A stretch of 64,000 bases of DNA from Acidobacteriota bacterium (lineage in GTDB: Bacteria; Acidobacteriota; Thermoanaerobaculia; Multivoradales; JAGPDF01), in the NCBI GenBank assembly GCA_014584695.1, contig JACTMI010000032.1, positions 105,265 through 169,264 of the forward strand, written 5' to 3'. This document shows positions 59,701 to 64,000 of the stretch, piece after piece. Both the position numbers and the translations under genes were made by a program. The notes beneath the pieces were generated by a model that was not told where the DNA came from, ran no database searches, and worked only from the letters and a program-made list of their open reading frames with translations. Each line of letters begins with the position of its first letter. Position 1 is the first letter of the stretch.

Positions 59701-60088
59701 GGCGGCGGCGCAGAAGGCCTCGATCGCGGAGGACATCAAGGCGATGCCGATGGGCATGCACACCGTCGTGTCCGAAGGCGGCGGAGCGTTCTCGGGTGGC
59801 CAGAAGCAGCGTCTGATGATCGCCCGCGCGCTGGTCAACAACCCGAAGATCATCTTCCTCGACGAAGCCACCAGCGCGCTCGACAACCGGGCGCAGGCGA
59901 TCGTGACCGAGAGCATGAATCGGCTGCAGGCGACGCGCATCGTCATCGCTCACCGGCTGTCGACGATCGAGGACGCGGACGTCATCTGCTACCTCGATGC
60001 CGGGCAGATCGTCGAGCAGGGCACCTACGCCGAGTTGATGGCCCTGGACGGCAAGTTCGCGGCCCTGGCGAAACGGCAGCTGGCATGA
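56702..60088 (+). CDS. ABC exporter with N-terminal FHA and cNMP-binding-like domains instead of a peptidase
   Basis: FHA (VLGRADDCDVVIAVPSVSRRHAQIERVGEDFVVRDAGSANGLVV). Beta-barrel-like FVLDDPEVAWIVESGKLEIF...VEPGQALFG. TMD, Walker A GGSGCGKST, signature FSGGQKQRL. Confidence 0.8.
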   Translation: MAPMPGSSAPTSARGALKLRVVASSLAELIGREIAVDRAPMVLGRADDCDVVIAVPSVSRRHAQIERVGEDFVVRDAGSANGLVVAGQRVMEARLEPGVSFALGDTHFEVFAEMPPVPQVPDVPAAALPFAVDRTAAIANLSEIIAQIERPQPLEELGERIVTAANKPFVLDDPEVAWIVESGKLEIFTVSIEKGQPVGARDHFLTVEPGQALFGFDTERYGMGSGFLVVGKAGSVLRRFDLARLLDLASVPAHGQRIGKLLDTWIEGLSRRLTHDLPRVPTADLILERGASMPWQAGQKASPGHVVLWVELPAERLLFDGMASLGRDLEGVLFPLGPTCWLELLSSEHELAVTPRGAGESAADPRLWAGLDVFHRVLCECEFVNKKLAFVDEFQRLQRKAEQVEQAQESAYAAIGSVLGGTGVWMRPSSLGVDSGPILKACAVVGDALGIQVRPHPDARDEQSFEDALGGIAAASRFRTRRVTLLDDWWNHDQGPFLGQRAETKTPVAIVPTSPRSYMLVDPISGERVPIDEEVARGLEPFAWTFYRSFPPGALKALDLVKFGARGLKAEFRTIAIMGAAVGMLGTLTPMISGKVFDIAIPQAERGLLWQFTLGLALSAFCSAAFKITQNISLMRVQGKMDYSIQSAVWDRLIDLPMDFFRKYNSGDLADRAAGVDQIRSIVSGAGVAAVLGSLSSLFNAAQMVTYSFQLALTAMALTLVYVGVSWLVNYLQLRHQRKEFALRGKISGLVLQLIGGVAKLRVAGAEGHAFKMWATRFAEQRRISFKIGGIQNVHQIFTSGYPVLSNMAIFFVMFTLRQGALERGEQFDMTTGDFLAFSAAFGIFTSAMQGLGDASLSMLRIVPVFERLKPILTTEPEVDPSKSYPGQLKGEIELSHIWFRYSEDSPWIVRDLSLKIKPGQMVAFVGGSGCGKSTLLKIMLGFEKPQKGSAYFDGQDLATLDLRMVRQQLGVVLQDSRLLPADIFRNIAGATSRTVDDAWAAAQKASIAEDIKAMPMGMHTVVSEGGGAFSGGQKQRLMIARALVNNPKIIFLDEATSALDNRAQAIVTESMNRLQATRIVIAHRLSTIEDADVICYLDAGQIVEQGTYAELMALDGKFAALAKRQLA

Positions 60089-61272
60089 GTGGGGAGCCTT
60101 CCTCTTCGGTCGATGGGCTCGCCGCCCGGCGCGAGCTTCTGCGCGGCCTGGGCGCCAGCGAGGAGCTGCTCGCCGAGCTGCTCGCCTACACCGAGAACCC
60201 CTACCGCCACCTGGAGCTGCCGGCCGGCACGCCGCCGCTGCCGGCCGAACCCCAGGTCGCGGCCTGGCGGCACGCGGCGGCGGAGGCGGCCGAGTTCGGG
60301 GCGGCGGCGGCGCTGGCGCGGCGCTTCCCGCAGCTCGGCTTCCCGATTCGGGAGGGAATGTCGGAGGATGCGGCCTATCGGGCCGCCACGCGGCGCGGCG
60401 AGTTCGAGCGCCAGCCGGCGCGGCTCCGGCTCGAGCTCGAGCGGCCCGAGCGGCTGGAGCTGTCGATTGCCGAGCTGCCCGCGGGGCCGGTGCCGATCCT
60501 GGTGGCGCCGGCGCGGGCCGATTTCGAGGCGCTGGTGCGCGCTCTGACCTCGCGCAACGAGCCGGTCGAGGTGCCGGCCGCGATGGGCGCCTGCCTGATC
60601 AAGGGCTTGGCGGACTGGGAACGGGTGGCCGAGCACCGGCGCCGGTTCGAGGAGCGGCTCGGCCGCCCCGCCGACGAGCTCGAATGGCAGGCCGAGATGG
60701 CCTCGCTCGCCCAGATCAAGGAGGCGTGGCAGGACCGTCTGATCCTGCTGTCGACCGGCCCTTACAGCGCGGTTCCGGCCGAGGAGGTCGGTCTCGAGCC
60801 GGCCGACTGGAGCGACGCGTCGGTGCGGATCCGCATGGCGCACGAGGGTTTCCACTACCTCACGCTGCGGCTCTGCGGGCGCATCCGGAGCAATCTCCTG
60901 GACGAGCTGATCGCCGATTTCGCCGGCATGTTGGCCGCGTTCGGCGACTACCGGCCGGCGCTCGCACGCCGGTTCCTCGGCGTCGATCGCCTGCCGGCGC
61001 TGCGCGGCGGGGGCCGGATCGAGGTCTATCGCGGGGATCCTGCGCTCTCGGACGCGGCCCTCGCGGTGGTGGCCCGTCTGGCCGCGGCGGCGACCGAGAA
61101 CCTGGCGGCGATCGAGGTCAGCCCGGCCGAGCGCAAGTCGCCGGCGGCGTTGGCCACGCTGCTGTTGGCCCTCGCCAAGCTCGATCTCGAGTGCTTCGCG
61201 AGCCGGGAGTTCCCGCGCCAGTTCGAAGCGGCGCGGGCGGCGGGAACTGGTGGCCAGGAGGCGCGACGATGA
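60085..61272 (+). CDS. Conserved hypothetical protein (395 aa), ATGA-coupled on both sides
   Basis: The ORF is embedded in the operon with start and stop overlaps. No family motif recognised apart from HEGFHY. Confidence 0.5.
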   Translation: MSGEPSSSVDGLAARRELLRGLGASEELLAELLAYTENPYRHLELPAGTPPLPAEPQVAAWRHAAAEAAEFGAAAALARRFPQLGFPIREGMSEDAAYRAATRRGEFERQPARLRLELERPERLELSIAELPAGPVPILVAPARADFEALVRALTSRNEPVEVPAAMGACLIKGLADWERVAEHRRRFEERLGRPADELEWQAEMASLAQIKEAWQDRLILLSTGPYSAVPAEEVGLEPADWSDASVRIRMAHEGFHYLTLRLCGRIRSNLLDELIADFAGMLAAFGDYRPALARRFLGVDRLPALRGGGRIEVYRGDPALSDAALAVVARLAAAATENLAAIEVSPAERKSPAALATLLLALAKLDLECFASREFPRQFEAARAAGTGGQEARR

Positions 61273-61697
61273 CCGAGCTGTTTCGGGGATCCCTCGATCG
61301 TCCCACCCTCGCCGGGCTCGGCCGTTTGCTGGACCGGCTGGCGGAGGCGATGGCGCGGGCCGGTGTCACCACCCGCAGCGCGCAGTCGATCTCGATCGCG
61401 GCCGACGAGCTGGCGAGCAACGTGCTGAATCACCGCGAAGGGCGTGACAAGCCTCACCTCGACCTGGTGCTGCGGCGCCGGGAGGACGGCGCGATCGAGC
61501 TCGAGCTGATCGACGACGGGCCGGAGTTCGATCCGTTCGCGGTCGCCGCGCCGGACGTCACTCTCGGCCTCGAGGAGCGCCCGATCGGCGGGCTCGGCAT
61601 CCACCTCGCCCGCCGCCTCGCTTCCGGCGCGAGCTACCGGCGCGGCGACGACCGCAACCGCGTCGAGCTCCGCTTCGACCCGCCGGCCGCCGGCTGA
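61269..61697 (+). CDS. RsbW/SpoIIAB-like anti-sigma serine kinase (HATPase_c)
   Basis: N-box ADELASNVLNH, G1 DDGPEFD, G2 GGLGIHL, 142 aa. Confidence 0.65.
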   Translation: MTELFRGSLDRPTLAGLGRLLDRLAEAMARAGVTTRSAQSISIAADELASNVLNHREGRDKPHLDLVLRRREDGAIELELIDDGPEFDPFAVAAPDVTLGLEERPIGGLGIHLARRLASGASYRRGDDRNRVELRFDPPAAG

Positions 61698-62795
61698 TCA
61701 GCCGGCGCGAAAGACGAAGCGAACGGTGCCGATCTGGACCCGGTCGCCGTCGCCGAGCTGCCGCTCCTTCACCTTCTCGCCGTTGACGTAGGTGCCGTTC
61801 TCCGAGTTCAGGTCGCGCAGCACGTAGCCACTTTCGGACTGCGCGATCTGGGCGTGGCGACGAGACACCGCCGGCTTGTTGAGCCGGATCTGGTTCTCGG
61901 GCGTGCGTCCGATGAAGGTGAGCGGCTCGAGCGCGAACTCGGTCGCTCCCAGGTCGGTGTCGATCGCGATCAGCTTGCCCTTGACCAGGACGACGGTCTT
62001 GCCGGCGGCCGGGGACGCGCTCGGCGCGGCGGGCGGGGGGACGTCGATCAGGGCCGTCGCTCCGGCCGCGGCGGCCGGCGGCGGCGGTGGCGCCTCGGCC
62101 GCCAGGATCACCGTGCCGTCCGGCTCGCCGGTGGCGTTGGCCGGGGTGGCCGCCGGTGCGGGCGGCGCGACGGCGACCTCGGCGGTGATGCCCAGCGGCT
62201 GGATGACCGGCTGCGGCGCGGTGATGCCGGCATCGACCAGAGGCGGTGGCGGCGGGGTGGCGACCGCGGGCGCGGTGACCGAAGGGGCCGCGACCTCCGG
62301 GACGATCGGAACCGGTGCCGGCGGTAGAGCCGGCGCGGGCGTGGCGAGCTCGGCCTCGGAGTCGAACGCACCGAGGAACTGCTCACGCACCGCCTGCGTC
62401 TCCTCGAGCTGCCGGGTCTGCTCGTCGAGCTTGTCGTCGAGCTCGGAGGCCCGCTTCTTGAACTCACCGTCCTCGAACTCACCGAGGCGATGGCGGAAGT
62501 CGATCTCCTCGCGGTCGAGCTTGGTCGCCTGGTGCTGCGCCTCGATCTTGTCGAGCAGGACCTTGAGCTTGGCGTACTCCTGCCGCGCCTTGTCCTTGAG
62601 CGGGGAGGCCTTGCGCTCTAGGGCGGAGACCCTCGACTCGTAGTCGCGCTTGACCCGGCGGAAGACGACGTCGGTGACCTTGCTCTGGTCTTCGGCCATC
62701 TTGGCCAGCCGGGTCGCGATCGTCTCCCGTTCTCCCTTGATCTCCATCAGCTCGTCGATGACCGAGGTATCGACCTGCTGTAGCTGCTCGAGCAT
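61698..62795 (-). CDS. FHA-domain protein with N-terminal coiled-coil and Pro/Ala-rich linker
   Basis: C-terminal FHA (SRRHAQIAQSESGYVLRDLNSENGTYVNG). Confidence 0.7.
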   Translation of the reverse strand: MLEQLQQVDTSVIDELMEIKGERETIATRLAKMAEDQSKVTDVVFRRVKRDYESRVSALERKASPLKDKARQEYAKLKVLLDKIEAQHQATKLDREEIDFRHRLGEFEDGEFKKRASELDDKLDEQTRQLEETQAVREQFLGAFDSEAELATPAPALPPAPVPIVPEVAAPSVTAPAVATPPPPPLVDAGITAPQPVIQPLGITAEVAVAPPAPAATPANATGEPDGTVILAAEAPPPPPAAAAGATALIDVPPPAAPSASPAAGKTVVLVKGKLIAIDTDLGATEFALEPLTFIGRTPENQIRLNKPAVSRRHAQIAQSESGYVLRDLNSENGTYVNGEKVKERQLGDGDRVQIGTVRFVFRAG

Positions 62796-62846
62796 GGCGC
62801 AAGCTCCTCGAAAGGCCGTGGGGCGGCCATTGTAGCCCGGCTGCGG

Positions 62847-63281
62847 TCAGGGGAGGAAACGCCCGCTCAGCCGGGCCGGCGGCGATGGACAGCGCGGGTA
62901 GCGACCGAACCAGCGCTCGCGCCGCCGGGCGACGAAATCATAGGCCGCGTCGCGCAGCCGGCGCGGCAGCAGGCGAACGACGCGCGCCGCCGCGCGGGCG
63001 CCCCAGCCGACCAGCTCGAGCGCCGCGAGCACGGCCTCGGAGCGCTCGAAAGGAGGGTGGCCCGCCGCATCGCTGGCAGCGGCGACGAAGAGCAGGCTGT
63101 CCGGACGCTCCGCCGCGGCGCAGGCCAGTCCGAGGCGCCGGGCCGTCTCCCCGGCGAGCGGCGCGAAGCGGAGCCGTCCGCGCCGATCGAGCCGGGCCAG
63201 CAGCCGGACGGCGCGGTGGCAGAACGGGCAGTCCCCGTCGAACAAGACGAGGCCGGCGACGCGGGCCGAGAGTGGAGCCAT
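62847..63281 (-). CDS. DCC-family thiol-disulfide oxidoreductase (DUF393)
   Basis: FDGDCPFC motif. Confidence 0.7.
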   Translation of the reverse strand: MAPLSARVAGLVLFDGDCPFCHRAVRLLARLDRRGRLRFAPLAGETARRLGLACAAAERPDSLLFVAAASDAAGHPPFERSEAVLAALELVGWGARAAARVVRLLPRRLRDAAYDFVARRRERWFGRYPRCPSPPARLSGRFLP

Positions 63282-63288
63282 GGGCCAC

Positions 63289-63825
63289 TCATCCGGCCGA
63301 CCTGCGCCCGCCGTGGATCTCTTCTGGAGGGAAGACCATCAGCGTCGAGGTGGCGTGGGCGGCCAGCTTGCCGTCCGCGGTCAGCAGCTGGGCCTGCGAA
63401 AGCGCGGAACGCCGGCCCAGGTGGAGCACCGTGCCCACGGCGGAGAGCCGCGGCGAGCCGGCGGTGATCGAGCGGATGTAGTTGATCTTGAGCTCGAGCG
63501 TCGCGCAGGTGATGCCGAACGGCAGCAGCGAGGTGACCGCGCAGCCGGCCGTGGTGTCGAGCAGCGCGGCGGCGACGCCGCCGTGCAGCACGCCATTGGG
63601 GTTGTCGTGGAACTCCTCGGGCGCGAGGCCGAAAACCACCCGGCCTTCCTCGATCGACTCGATCGTGAACCCGAGCAGCGACGCCACCGGCGGGGGAGGC
63701 AGTTCCCCGGTCTGCATCGCCCGCAACAGCTCGAGGCCGGAGAGGCGCCGCTCGGTCGCGGCGCGAATCGCGATGATCGGGTCCTGCCAGAGGACCCGTC
63801 GCTCCCGCGTGCTCGCCGGTGTCAT
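63289..63825 (-). CDS. PaaI-family hotdog-fold thioesterase
   Basis: NPNGVLHGGVAAALLDTTAG motif. The start may be GTG at 63840 instead. Confidence 0.65.
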   Translation of the reverse strand: MTPASTRERRVLWQDPIIAIRAATERRLSGLELLRAMQTGELPPPPVASLLGFTIESIEEGRVVFGLAPEEFHDNPNGVLHGGVAAALLDTTAGCAVTSLLPFGITCATLELKINYIRSITAGSPRLSAVGTVLHLGRRSALSQAQLLTADGKLAAHATSTLMVFPPEEIHGGRRSAG

Positions 63826-63827
63826 CA

Positions 63828-64000
63828 CTCGCGCGTCCACTCCGGGACGCGGCCTGGCGTCCAGGGTGCGCCCGCGGCCTCGAGCTCGCGCTCCAGGCTG
63901 GCGAGGTCTCCGGTGACCAGAGTGCGCAGGGCCGCGAGCTGGTTCTCGAAGGCGGCGCCGGCGATGCGGTAAGCGTCCTGCTGCGTCTGCGTCGGCGCGG
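63828..64000 (-). CDS. 3' end of an unidentified gene whose stop overlaps the PaaI start
   Basis: Open frame ending ...PEWTRE* with a GTGATG junction. Too short to classify. Confidence 0.3.

Overview
High-GC (~70%) bacterial chromosomal segment. The GC content, abundant FHA and sigma-54 signalling genes and TonB/Lgt/Lon housekeeping suggest a Myxococcota- or Acidobacteria-like genome. I found no rRNA, tRNA or CRISPR. The left two-thirds is ordinary housekeeping and accessory content: a 5'-truncated gltB, ettA, a TonB-dependent receptor, a zinc peptidase, DUF2891, a glycoside hydrolase, lgt, a HicBA toxin-antitoxin pair, yebC, an MFS transporter, an M20 hydrolase, lon and TauE. These are interrupted by a visibly lower-GC islet (~15.7-17.7 kb) and by several tandem-repeat or structured intergenic elements at 5.6-5.8 kb, 27.37-27.65 kb and 32.6-33.15 kb. 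The standout region runs from ~42.5 to 61.7 kb and is a RiPP gene cluster. It has two paralogous precursor genes with nitrile-hydratase-like (NHLP) leaders ending in a GG motif. Each precursor sits behind a textbook sigma-54 promoter (TGGCAC-N5-TTGC). Between them is a divergent M29 aminopeptidase. Downstream are a class II lanthipeptide synthetase (LanM) translationally coupled to a GNAT acetyltransferase, two tandem TolC-like outer-membrane proteins, an HlyD adaptor, a C39-peptidase ABC exporter and a second ABC exporter. The second exporter has an N-terminal FHA domain and a cNMP-binding-like domain. It is followed by a coupled unknown 395-aa protein and an RsbW-like serine kinase. Immediately upstream (36.7-41.0 kb) lies a matching signalling set: an FHA-GAF-PP2C phosphatase, a cNMP-FHA protein, a STAS anti-sigma antagonist and a PspF-like sigma-54 activator with no receiver domain. 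Both precursor paralogs carry opposite single-base length variants (1 C versus 3 C) in a GGGC(n) run. This puts them out of frame with a perfectly conserved downstream TGA. Two Cs would give an identical 20-aa core, DINVKLGGEVSCSQGQINLG. All protein family assignments are from reading the translated ORFs for motifs, not from database searches.
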